This document shows positions 12,150-21,338 of a DNA stretch of 64,000 nt, one piece after another (position 1 is the stretch's first letter; every line of letters starts with the position of its first letter). The position numbers and the translations under genes were made by a program. Under the pieces are notes generated by a model. The model worked only from the letters and a program-made list of their open reading frames with translations. It was not told where the DNA came from and did no database searches. Origin of the DNA: Myxococcales bacterium (GTDB taxonomy: Bacteria; Myxococcota_A; Polyangia; Polyangiales; DASUME01); assembly GCA_047601445.1 (NCBI GenBank), contig JASGJH010000001.1:6112001-6176000 (forward strand). Direction: 5' to 3'.

Positions 12150-13406
12150 ATGGCGCGGGCGCTGCGCCATCGGAACTATCGGTTGTTCTTCGCGGGTCAG
12201 AGCATCTCCCTGATCGGCACCTGGGTCACCAAGATCGCCACCAGCTGGCTGGTCTACAAGCTCACCGACTCACCTTGGCTGCTGGGACTCGTCACTTTCG
12301 CGAGCCAGGTTCCCTCGCTGTTGCTCTCGCCGCTGGCCGGCGTCTGGATCGACCGCGCGAACACGCACCGCGTGCTGCTGGTGACGCAGGTGTTGGCGAT
12401 GTTGCAGTCGGGTCTGCTCGCCTACTTCGCGCTGACCGAGACCATCGACGTACCCAGTGTGCTGGCGCTGAGTCTGTTCCAGGGGTTGATCAACGTGGTC
12501 GACATGCCGGCCCGTCAGAGCTTCCTGGTGGAGATGATCGAGGATCGTCAAGACCTCCCCAACGCCATCGCGCTCAACTCGTCCATGGTGAACATGGCTC
12601 GCCTGCTCGGGCCGTCCCTGGCGGGCCTCCTGATCACCGCGTTCGGTGAGGGCCTCTGCTTCACGCTCGACTCGCTGAGCTACGTGGCGGTCATCGCCTC
12701 GCTGCTCGCCATGCGTGTTTCACCGCGGGCGGTGGCGATCGAGGAGGCCGCCGTGTGGTCGCAGCTCAAGGAGGGCTTCCTCTACGTCGCGCGCTTCCCG
12801 CCGATCCGGGCCGTGCTCGTACTGTTGACCCTGACCAGCATCGCGGGTGCCCCCTACACGTTGCTCACGCCGGTGCTCGCGCGCGAGGTGCTGCATGGGC
12901 AGGCGGGCATGCTGGGCATGTTGATGGCGGCCTCTGGCCTGGGCGCGCTCGGTGCGGCTCTGTACCTCGCGTCGCGCGCCACGGTGCTTGGACTCGGCCG
13001 CGTGATCGCCGGCTCCACCGCGGTCTTCGGGGCGTCGCTGATCGCCCTCGGGCTGTCGCGCAGCTTCGTCTTCTCGCTGCTGCTGATGTTCGCGTCGGGG
13101 CTCTGCATGATGCTGCAGATGGCGGCCACCAATACGATCCTTCAGACGGTGGCCGACGAGGACAAGCGCGGGCGCGTGATGGGCTTCTACACCGTTGCGG
13201 TATTCGGCACGGTCCCCATCGGAAGCTTGCTCGCGGGCGCCCTCGCGGAGCGTGTAGGTACGGCGGAGACCTTGGTGCTCGGGGGCGGCCTGTGTCTTTT
13301 TGCCGCGCTGTGCTTCGCGCGTACGTTGCCGCGCTTGCGCGCGATCTTGCGCCCGGTGTACCAGCGCTTGGGGATCTTGCCGGCGCCGCGGCCGCTCGCC
13401 CGTTGA
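12150..13406 (+). CDS. MFS transporter
   Basis: ALRHRNYRLFFAGQSISLIGTW; about 12 TM. Start may be GTG 12123. Confidence 0.9.
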   Translation: MARALRHRNYRLFFAGQSISLIGTWVTKIATSWLVYKLTDSPWLLGLVTFASQVPSLLLSPLAGVWIDRANTHRVLLVTQVLAMLQSGLLAYFALTETIDVPSVLALSLFQGLINVVDMPARQSFLVEMIEDRQDLPNAIALNSSMVNMARLLGPSLAGLLITAFGEGLCFTLDSLSYVAVIASLLAMRVSPRAVAIEEAAVWSQLKEGFLYVARFPPIRAVLVLLTLTSIAGAPYTLLTPVLAREVLHGQAGMLGMLMAASGLGALGAALYLASRATVLGLGRVIAGSTAVFGASLIALGLSRSFVFSLLLMFASGLCMMLQMAATNTILQTVADEDKRGRVMGFYTVAVFGTVPIGSLLAGALAERVGTAETLVLGGGLCLFAALCFARTLPRLRAILRPVYQRLGILPAPRPLAR

Positions 13407-13450
13407 GGAGCCTTGTGAGGTGCGCCATCACGGACTACGAAAGAGGCCCT

Positions 13451-14512
13451 ATGGCCCATTCCTTCAAGCTACCAGGTGCACTGTCGTCCTTGTTCGTGGT
13501 TTGCCTCGTGGGTTGTGCATCGGCTCCACCGCCCGCACCCGAAGCTCCTGTGTCACCGCCGCCTCAGAGCGAAACGCAGGTCACGGTCGTGGCGGAGCCC
13601 GCACCGCCGCCGCCGAGCCCCGAGGAGCTTGCGCGCGCCGAGGCCGCTTCGAAACTGGCAGTCGAGCGCGAGCAGATGCGCGCCGATCACCAGGCTGCCG
13701 TCGCGCGCTTCACGCCCGAGATGCACGAGCAGGCCAAGAAGCTCGCCGAGACCTCCTTCCCCAACGCCAAGGCCGCGCTCAAGGCGAGCGTCGCCGGCAC
13801 ACACCGCTCCGAGGACCACAAGGCGCGCGACAAGGATCGCCACCCCGTGGAGACGCTCGAGTTCTTCGGCCTCAAGCCCACCGCTACCGTGCTCGAGTAC
13901 TCGCCGGGCGAGGGCTGGTATACCGAGATCCTCGCGCCTGCACTGGCCACGCGCGGTAAGCTGCTCGCGACCAACACCGATCCCAACGGGCCAGCCGATC
14001 AGCGCAGCTCCTTCTATGGAGAGCGCTTCAAGCTGTTCCTCGAGACCGCACCCGAGCTCTACGGCAAGGTGCAGGTGGTGCCCATCGACAGCAAGCAGCC
14101 CGCGCTCGGTCTCGACGGCAGCGTGGATATGGTGCTGGCCTTCCGCACCTTGCACGGCATGGTGAATCAGGGCCAGCTCCAGGCCTGGCTCGCGGAGTTC
14201 CACAAGGCGCTCAAGCCGGGCGGCGTGCTCGCCATCGAGGCGCACCGCGCCAAGCCCGACGCCGTGGCCGAAGAGAGCGCCAAGCAGGGCTATTTGCCCG
14301 AGAAGTGGGTGATCGAGCAGGTGGAGGCCCAGGGCTTCAAGCTCGCGGGCAAGAGCGAGATCAACGCGAACCCCAAGGACACCAAGGATTACCCGGACGG
14401 CGTGTGGGATCTGCCGCCCACGTTGCGCCTGGGTGACCAGGATCGGGCCAAGTACGAGGCCATCGGCGAGAGCGACCGCATGACGCTCAAGTTCGTCAAA
14501 GTGAAGAAGTGA
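13451..14512 (+). CDS. Exported lipoprotein with class I SAM-methyltransferase fold
   Basis: Lipobox LVGC; RDKDRHPVETLEFFG, PGEGWYTEIL, SEINANPKD, GESDRMTLKF. Confidence 0.8.
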   Translation: MAHSFKLPGALSSLFVVCLVGCASAPPPAPEAPVSPPPQSETQVTVVAEPAPPPPSPEELARAEAASKLAVEREQMRADHQAAVARFTPEMHEQAKKLAETSFPNAKAALKASVAGTHRSEDHKARDKDRHPVETLEFFGLKPTATVLEYSPGEGWYTEILAPALATRGKLLATNTDPNGPADQRSSFYGERFKLFLETAPELYGKVQVVPIDSKQPALGLDGSVDMVLAFRTLHGMVNQGQLQAWLAEFHKALKPGGVLAIEAHRAKPDAVAEESAKQGYLPEKWVIEQVEAQGFKLAGKSEINANPKDTKDYPDGVWDLPPTLRLGDQDRAKYEAIGESDRMTLKFVKVKK

Positions 14513-14565
14513 GCTGAGCGCTTCGGTCGAACGCGCGGTTCTGCGCGCAAGCTAAGGGAGCTCCC

Positions 14566-15960
14566 GTGGTCCACGACATGACGCAGGGTTCCATCCGCGG
14601 GCACGTGCTGCGGATGGTATCGTTCGTGTTCGCCGGCCTGGCGATCCAGACACTCTACTCGCTGGTGGACATCTTCTGGGTCGGGCGCCTGGGAGAGCGC
14701 GCGGTCGCGGCAGTGGCGCTCTCCACCAACTTGATGTTCCTCTCCCTGGCGCTCACGCAGACCCTCTCGGTGGGCTGCGTGGCGCTGGTGTCGCAGGCGG
14801 CGGGACGCAAGGACGCGCAGGCCGTGCAGCGTCTGTTCAATCAGGCCCAGTCGCTGTCGGTATGTGCGGGGCTCGCGTTCTTCGCGGGCAGCCTCGCGTT
14901 CATGGGGGTGTACACCGAGCGGCTGTCGGGTGATGCGCAAACGGCTCAGCTGGCCCGTGAGTTCTTGGTCTACTTCATTCCCTCCATGGCATTGCAGTTC
15001 ACCATGGTGGGGTTGGCCTCGGCCCTGCGCGGCATCGGCGACATGAAGCCCGGCCTGGTGGCCCAGACACTCTCGGTGCTGTTCAACATGATCCTGGCGC
15101 CGTTCTTGATCTTCGGTTGGTTCGGCACCAAGCCGCTCGGTGTGGCGGGCGCGGCGCTGTCCACCTTGGTCGCCACGCTGGCGGCGGTCATCGGACTCTC
15201 CGTGTACCTGGCGCGCGGTGGCTCCTCGTTGCGCGTGAGTTTCGCAGACTGGCGGCCTGACTTCTCGGTGTGGCGGCGCATGTTGAGCATCGGTTTGCCT
15301 GCGGGCACCGAGTTCGTGTTCATCTCCCTGAACATGGGCGTCATCTACGCCGCCATGAAGAAGTTCGGACCCGAGGCCCAGGCTGGCTTCGGCATCGGCT
15401 CGCGCGTCATGCAGGCCGGCTTCATGCCCGCTGTGGCGATCAGCTTCTCGGTGGCCGCGGTGGTCGGGCAGAATTTCGGCGCGGGCGCCTATCCGCGCGT
15501 ACGCGAGGCCTACCGCGAGAGCGCCAAGCTGACCGTCGTCCTCATGCTGTTGTTCACGCTGGTGTGTCAGGTGGTGCCGGCACCGATGGTGCGCGCTTTC
15601 ACGGCCGACGCCGGATCCATCGAGGTGGGCGCGGACTACCTGCGCAGCATCTCACTGATGTACGTGGCCTCGGGCCTGGTCTTCGTCATCGCCGGCATCT
15701 TCCAGGGCATCGGCAACACCTGGCCGTCCCTCGCCTGCTCGGCCGTGCGCTGTCTCTTGTTCGTGGGACCGGTGGCGGCCCTGATGGTCCACGGGGACTT
15801 CGAGATCCACACCATCTGGATCTTGAGCGTCGCCAGCGTGTTCGTGCAGCTGGGGTTGTGTCTCTATCTCTTGCGGCGCGAGCTCGCCATCAAAGTGCCG
15901 CTCACCGCGCCCGCAACCGCGGCCAGCGATCAGTCTGCGTACTTGACCGAGCAGCCGTAG
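14566..15960 (+). CDS. MATE family efflux transporter
   Basis: DMTQGSI, LVDIFWVGRLG, LRGIGD, VGQNFGAG. Confidence 0.92.
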   Translation: MVHDMTQGSIRGHVLRMVSFVFAGLAIQTLYSLVDIFWVGRLGERAVAAVALSTNLMFLSLALTQTLSVGCVALVSQAAGRKDAQAVQRLFNQAQSLSVCAGLAFFAGSLAFMGVYTERLSGDAQTAQLAREFLVYFIPSMALQFTMVGLASALRGIGDMKPGLVAQTLSVLFNMILAPFLIFGWFGTKPLGVAGAALSTLVATLAAVIGLSVYLARGGSSLRVSFADWRPDFSVWRRMLSIGLPAGTEFVFISLNMGVIYAAMKKFGPEAQAGFGIGSRVMQAGFMPAVAISFSVAAVVGQNFGAGAYPRVREAYRESAKLTVVLMLLFTLVCQVVPAPMVRAFTADAGSIEVGADYLRSISLMYVASGLVFVIAGIFQGIGNTWPSLACSAVRCLLFVGPVAALMVHGDFEIHTIWILSVASVFVQLGLCLYLLRRELAIKVPLTAPATAASDQSAYLTEQP

Positions 15961-16736
15961 GGCGGCGTATCGGCCAGCGCGATGGTGCGCGCGGCCTTGA
16001 GGTCGGCTAGCGCGTTGGTGACGTAGGGGACCAGCTCACCAGGCTTGGCGTCGGCTGGTCGCGGACGCGCGTCGTCGGGTACGCCCATCGGGGCGTTGTC
16101 GAGTCCGCCGCGATACACGAGGTTTCCTGCGGGATCGATGATGAACATGTGGGGTGTCTTGGCGGCACCGTAGGCGCGGCCCACGCTGCCGCTCTCGTCG
16201 AGCAGGATGCTGTTGGTCATGTGGTACTCGACCTTGGCGTCCACGTTGCGCTGTTTGCCGTTGCCTTGCTTGCCCGGTGCGCTCGAGTTGACGGAGAGCC
16301 AAACCAACTCGGGGGTCTCGTACTTGCTGGCCATGTCCGTGAGCGGGCCCTTGCCGTGGGCGTGCTTGATGAAGGGACAGTCCGGGTTGAACCACTCGAG
16401 CACCACGGTCTTGCCACGCAGCTCGCGGAGCTTGAAGACCTTATCCGCGGTGTCGACCAGCGTGAAGTCGGGCGCCGGCTTGCCGAGCTCGGCGGCCTGG
16501 GTTGTGGGCGCGGCTGCAGGTGGAGGCGCTGCGCTCGGGCTTGGCGTGGCAGGTTCGGTGACGGCCTGCGATGCCGCGCCGGGCTTGGCGCCGTCCTCGC
16601 TCGCACCGCGATTGCAGGCAGCGAGACAGGCTGCAGACATGAGCGCCGCGAGCAGACCGGCGAGCGAGACCTGGGCGCAGGCAGAAGCGCGTCGAAGCGG
16701 ACGGGTCCGCCCGCGAGCAACATAGAGACGCTGCAT
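15930..16736 (-). CDS. Redoxin/AhpC-TSA family lipoprotein
   Basis: APDFTL, VLEWFNPDCPF, TPHMFII, YGCSVKY; lipobox LAAC. 3' end overlaps the MATE gene by 31 bp. Confidence 0.85.
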   Translation of the reverse strand: MQRLYVARGRTRPLRRASACAQVSLAGLLAALMSAACLAACNRGASEDGAKPGAASQAVTEPATPSPSAAPPPAAAPTTQAAELGKPAPDFTLVDTADKVFKLRELRGKTVVLEWFNPDCPFIKHAHGKGPLTDMASKYETPELVWLSVNSSAPGKQGNGKQRNVDAKVEYHMTNSILLDESGSVGRAYGAAKTPHMFIIDPAGNLVYRGGLDNAPMGVPDDARPRPADAKPGELVPYVTNALADLKAARTIALADTPPYGCSVKYAD

Positions 16737-16766
16737 GAGAAAGCCCTCCTCGAAAACGAGAGGGCT

Positions 16767-18254
16767 CTACTGTAGCAACTCGAGGTAGGCGTCGGGGCAA
16801 TCGAGGGGCGGGTCCACCACTTGGGTTACCGACTCGGGACCGTCCTCGGTGGTCCACTCGATATTCGTGCCGTGCAGTGCGAAGGTGGGCACGCGCGCGA
16901 GCACTTCGGGTGCGAGATCCCCGGAGGCCACCAGATCGTTCAAGATGTCCATGCCCACCGGGCGCATCAGCAGACGTGCGCTGACGCGCGCCGGCAGCGC
17001 CTTGATGTCGCGAGGCAGTACGATCTCGACCTCCTTCACGTGACGTCCCGGCACCATCACGGCCAAAGGCAGGACGTTGCTCGTGAAGCCCGTGGGATAG
17101 GTCGCGGACATCTCGGCGTCCCAGAACATGTGCACTTCTTGGCCCATCGCATCGAAGATGCGATCGCGGAACATGCTCAAGTAGGGGTCATGGCCGGGGT
17201 CGCCTTCGGGTAGCTCCTCGACGGCGCCATCCGCGATCACGCCGGTCTGGAACAACACGTTGTCCTGCGCGTCGTAGGCGATGAACTCGAGCCAGAGTCG
17301 GCGATCTTGCGCGGCGCCCGAGGGCTGCGCGTGCCCCATCTGGGCTTCCAACGTGAGCTTGAACGCTGTGAACACCGGGTTGGTGGCCTGGAGCTCCAGG
17401 CTCACGGTGCCGTTCATCAGCGCGCACTCCACGGCCTTGCGCTGGGCGGCCTGATCCGGGAAGTCGTCGCTCAAGGCCACGTCGACACCGGGCCACAAGT
17501 GCTCGTGCATCTTGCGCTTGGGCAGCTCGCGACCCGGCATCACGGCCACGGGCGCACCGCTGCGTGACACGTCCATGTGACAGCCGGTGCAGGTCTCGAA
17601 AGGAGGCGTGCCTACCTTGCTGAAGCCGCTCTCGTTGTACTCGGCGAAAGTGCGTTCCAGGTGCACGCCCTTGGGCGTGACCACGTCGTGACAGCTGCCG
17701 CAGAACACCGAGCTCTGCACGCTGTCGCGGTCGTGGAGCGTGGAGTACTGCACGGCGTGCACGCCCGGATCCACCGCGTCGTGCAGGGAGCCACGCATGG
17801 TCTGGTCGTTCGCCAGCGTGACCTTGCCGTTGTGATCGGCCTCGAGCCCCACGGCGTTGTGGCAGAAGTAGCAGGTCACGCCCTGGAACTCTGGCGGCAC
17901 GTCGGCCAAATTGAGGCCGTCGCTGGTGAGACCTTCGCGCACGGCCAGCGGCGCGTGGCAGCCCACGCAGAAGTCGCCCATCTGCCCGTAGGTCTCGCGC
18001 TGACCGCGCTGGTTCATGGCCAAGAACACGGGGTCCTTGGAGGCGTAGGCGTGCATGCTGCTCGACCACTCACGGTAGTGCCGCGGGTGACAGCCCGAGC
18101 AGGTCACCGGGTTCATCAGCTCCTCGCGCGACATGCGCGTGGGCGGCACCACGCTGGCGTCACCCTGCGACGGGTCGTCGCCTCCGCCGCCACAGGCCGC
18201 GAGCATGCTCCATCCGAGCGCGAACCCAAGGACACCAAACCGTGTGCTTTGCAT
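16767..18254 (-). CDS. Pentaheme cytochrome c lipoprotein (copy 1)
   Basis: Lipobox LAAC; CSGCH, CVGCH, CYFCH, CGSCH, CTGCH. Confidence 0.9.
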   Translation of the reverse strand: MQSTRFGVLGFALGWSMLAACGGGGDDPSQGDASVVPPTRMSREELMNPVTCSGCHPRHYREWSSSMHAYASKDPVFLAMNQRGQRETYGQMGDFCVGCHAPLAVREGLTSDGLNLADVPPEFQGVTCYFCHNAVGLEADHNGKVTLANDQTMRGSLHDAVDPGVHAVQYSTLHDRDSVQSSVFCGSCHDVVTPKGVHLERTFAEYNESGFSKVGTPPFETCTGCHMDVSRSGAPVAVMPGRELPKRKMHEHLWPGVDVALSDDFPDQAAQRKAVECALMNGTVSLELQATNPVFTAFKLTLEAQMGHAQPSGAAQDRRLWLEFIAYDAQDNVLFQTGVIADGAVEELPEGDPGHDPYLSMFRDRIFDAMGQEVHMFWDAEMSATYPTGFTSNVLPLAVMVPGRHVKEVEIVLPRDIKALPARVSARLLMRPVGMDILNDLVASGDLAPEVLARVPTFALHGTNIEWTTEDGPESVTQVVDPPLDCPDAYLELLQ

Positions 18255-18267
18255 CGTGTCCGCAGTC

Positions 18268-18813
18268 CTACTCTTCCTCGACGCATACGTCGAAGATGAG
18301 GTAGTCGTCACCCCCGGCCTTCGGCGAGGTGAGCTCGAAGCGCACCTGCCAGGGCCCACGCATGGTGAAGTTGAAGCCGTCGAACTCGTAGCGCCCGGGC
18401 TGCTCTAGCGGCTTGGCCTTGGGCTTGAAATTTCCCTGGTGCCCGTGGACCGGCATGTACGTGTACACGTCGATGAACTCGAGGTCCGTGAGCGGCACGC
18501 CGCCGTCCGCGGTGGTGAAGTCGACCACCCAGTCCGCCCGACCCTTGAGCAGCGGGAGCGGATCGGAGCTCACCACCTTGCCCTTCACCCTCATGGTCTG
18601 GTTGCCCAACTGCTCCGTGCCCACCATCAATGGCGGCAGTTTCGGATCGCAGGGCGTATCCGGGTAGCTGGCGTCGCTGCCGGCGTCCTCGTGAACATGG
18701 GCGTCGTGATCGTGGCCATCTACCGGCACGTGATCGTCGCCGCACGCCGACAGCGTGAGCAGCGAGGCGACCGCCAGGACCGTCGAAAGAGAGTGTTTGC
18801 GGAGGGCGATCAT
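18268..18813 (-). CDS. YtkA/FixH-like lipoprotein with His-rich N-terminus (copy 1)
   Basis: Lipobox LSAC; DDHVPVDGHDHDAHVHED; MPVHGH; FTMRGPWQV. Confidence 0.75.
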   Translation of the reverse strand: MIALRKHSLSTVLAVASLLTLSACGDDHVPVDGHDHDAHVHEDAGSDASYPDTPCDPKLPPLMVGTEQLGNQTMRVKGKVVSSDPLPLLKGRADWVVDFTTADGGVPLTDLEFIDVYTYMPVHGHQGNFKPKAKPLEQPGRYEFDGFNFTMRGPWQVRFELTSPKAGGDDYLIFDVCVEEE

Positions 18814-20378
18814 CGCCTTGCTTCCTTTCGCGCGCGCCGCCTGTGCAGGCCGACGCCAGCGAGCAGGGTGAACAGCGCGCTCAAAGACATGGCGCGGTCT
18901 CGCTGGTAGGGGTGCACGCTGCAATCTTCCTTGGGCTTCTTCACGGCGCCCCCACTTGTGTCGGGCAGCTTGCCGCCATCTAGCAAGGAATCGCCACCGC
19001 CATCCGTACCCGCGTCGGTCGCCACGCCCGCATCGTTGGGCATCCCGGCGTCGGCCCAGTGCAGCGCTTCAGGGCCGCAGTACTGCTCGTGGTAGGCGCC
19101 GCACATGGGCGCGCTCGCGAAGTGCACGGGGCCACACCAGCCGGCCTGACACAGCTGATCGTGGCAATCCGCCACGACATCCTGGCCCGAGCACGACTTG
19201 ATGCTCTGCACGCTGGTCATGCTCGCGAGCTCGGTGAACGTCTTGGTGCTCGGGTCGAAGCGGCCGAAATCGCTGTAGTGGCACAAGAAGAGATCGCTAC
19301 TTCCAGTAGGCTTGCCGAGGCAGCTGATCTCGCGATCGGTGATCACGTGCTCGGGTTGGCTGGCGAGCCCGGGCGCGGCTTTGAGCAGGCCTTTGGGCAT
19401 GGTGTCGTCGCTCGGGGAGCCGGCGTCGGCGATCCAGAGTGTGCCGTCCGCCTCGAAGACCACATCGTCGAAGTCGGTTCCGTCGAACCACGGGGCGAAG
19501 CTCTGGCCGCCGTCGCTGCTGACCACCATGCTGTCCTTGTTGCTCTCGTAGTCCCCGCCGTCCTTGAAGCGCTGGAACCTGCCCACCACGCGGTTCTCAT
19601 TGGTGGGGTCCACCCCGAGCAAGTTGAACGAGGCTTGCTCCGGCAGGTTGGTAATCTCGTGCTCGGCCCAATGTGCGCCGCCGTCGTCGGAGCTCAGAAG
19701 CAGCACCTTGGAGCCGCCCGTAGGCGCGAACCGCAACGACACCGTGTAGAAACGCGTGCCGCCGCCCATCCGGGCCACAGCGAGCAGGCCCGTGTTGCTC
19801 CAGCTCTCGCCGTCGGGGGGCACTAGGCGACCGGAGAGCTGGGTGTAGGTCCCGCTCTCGTCGCGCTTCCACAGTCCCTCACCCGCGTTGTCCGTGGCGC
19901 CGTTGGTAAGGACGTAGCTCACGCGGGGCTCGGTGGCGGTCGAAGCCAGGCCGGAGACCCACAGACCCGCGACCTGATCGATCCGATGGAAGCCGCAGCC
20001 CGTGCCGTCGTCTTCGAAGACGCCGCTCGTGGTTCCTAGCAGCGTGCGGCCCCCCCCGGTCACCCGCGCCATGCGCGTGCGCGACAGGCTCGAGCGGGTG
20101 CGTGAGGCGACGTCGGTCGCGCCGTCTCCGAGGGCCCGCAGGGCCGCTTCGGCCACCGCTGAGGTGCACACGAGGCTGAAGTTCGCGCCCGCGTCGTCGC
20201 TATAGATGAGGCCGGTCTTGGAGCCGGTGTTGTCGTAGCGAAGGATCAGGCGCTGGGGATTCTCGGGATCGACGTAGACCCCCACCATCACTTCGACGGG
20301 CCCGCTCGCGTGGACGGACGAAGCCAGGAGAGCGGACGAGAGGGGAAGGAGCAAGGCCAGTGCTGGGCCGGACTTCAT
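18810..20378 (-). CDS. Secreted BNR/Asp-box propeller-like protein with MYXO-CTERM-like tail (copy 1)
   Basis: SDDAGANF, SDDGGAHW, SSDGGQSF; Cys cluster; DAG linker; Cys + TM + RRRARK tail. Confidence 0.75.
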   Translation of the reverse strand: MKSGPALALLLPLSSALLASSVHASGPVEVMVGVYVDPENPQRLILRYDNTGSKTGLIYSDDAGANFSLVCTSAVAEAALRALGDGATDVASRTRSSLSRTRMARVTGGGRTLLGTTSGVFEDDGTGCGFHRIDQVAGLWVSGLASTATEPRVSYVLTNGATDNAGEGLWKRDESGTYTQLSGRLVPPDGESWSNTGLLAVARMGGGTRFYTVSLRFAPTGGSKVLLLSSDDGGAHWAEHEITNLPEQASFNLLGVDPTNENRVVGRFQRFKDGGDYESNKDSMVVSSDGGQSFAPWFDGTDFDDVVFEADGTLWIADAGSPSDDTMPKGLLKAAPGLASQPEHVITDREISCLGKPTGSSDLFLCHYSDFGRFDPSTKTFTELASMTSVQSIKSCSGQDVVADCHDQLCQAGWCGPVHFASAPMCGAYHEQYCGPEALHWADAGMPNDAGVATDAGTDGGGDSLLDGGKLPDTSGGAVKKPKEDCSVHPYQRDRAMSLSALFTLLAGVGLHRRRARKEARR

Positions 20379-20630
20379 GGACACCCTGCCTAAGTAGAAG
20401 CCAATGAGCCTCCATCCCTAACAAGATCCGGAGCGTCGGTGAAAGCCCTTTTCATTGACCGGATTCGCCTTTCCTTTCGAGCACAACGCCGGTTTGAGAC
20501 CGGAGCTGGAAAAGGACGCGAACGGCGGATCGGGCAGGCGCCGCCTTCGCAGGGCGGGGAGGTGCCGCGCGCACACACCAGGGGGCGCCGCGCCCGCACA
20601 GCCGGGGACGCCGAGGGGCACCGCTTAAAT

Positions 20631-20670
20631 AAAAAAGGCAGCTCGCACGAAGGGGGACGGCCGAGCTGCC
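20631..20670 (-). terminator. Intrinsic terminator
   Basis: GGCAGCTCG/CGAGCTGCC 9-bp stem followed by TTTTTTATTT on the minus strand. Confidence 0.8.
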
Positions 20671-20724
20671 TGGCAACCGCTGCGGAAGGGGGGGTTCCCG
20701 CATTCTGCGGCCGCGCGTATGTAC
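20631..20724 (-). ncRNA. Candidate sigma54-dependent sRNA with two C-rich stem-loops
   Basis: Bounded by a -24/-12 promoter and a terminator; stem TGCGGGA/TTCCGCA with loop ACCCCCCC; TCCCCC in the terminator loop. Confidence 0.65.
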
Positions 20725-20734
20725 ACGACATCAT

Positions 20735-20751
20735 TGCGAAGCTCGTGCCAA
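20735..20751 (-). promoter_or_regulatory. Sigma54 (-24/-12) promoter
   Basis: Minus strand TTGGCACGAGCTTCGCA with exact GG-N10-GC spacing. Confidence 0.75.
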
Positions 20752-21338
20752 CTCCGGCGCCGCGAAAGGATGAGGGATTTTGTGTGATCCCGGCCGCACG
20801 GCCTCCCACATCGTTCGTCGCTGCAATGATAGGCGTTTCAGTCCTGCGAATTGAGTGTTGGCTGGATCGCAGCCGACTGCAGAGGCTGAAGCGCGCGCGC
20901 CCGGGCGCGCCGCACGGAAGTACTCGCCGCTCCGACCCAACGAGCGGACCCGAGCAGGCCCGGGCCCATGGGTGGCCTTGATCACTCGGGGAAGGATCAA
21001 AATCCAGGGGTGCTGTGTTACCGTCGTCCCGCGCTGGCCCGGGCATCGGTCCGTGAGGTGGCGCCAGCGGGGCGGTTGGCTGTCCCGACTCGAACCCAAG
21101 GTGGCGCAGCCGTTGTCTCTGGATCGCTCTCGTGGACCGCTTCATTCCCTTGAGAATCCACCCGTGGAAGGTCCACTCTCGCCTTTGTCACCCCTGCTGC
21201 GCTCGCCTGCTGCGGCGAGAGTCTCACGGCGCCGGCCGCGCGCGCCCGCTCACGCGCCCCTCCCGGGGCCACGTCTTGGTGTCTTGAACGCGCTGCCCCG
21301 AGGGCACGCCGTGAATCGCTCGTTGAGGTAGGTACAGG

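Noticed and set aside
20390..21331. ORFs in the ~950-bp intergenic gap
   Set aside because: Arg/Pro/Ala-rich translations without motifs; the region is better explained by the promoter and sRNA.
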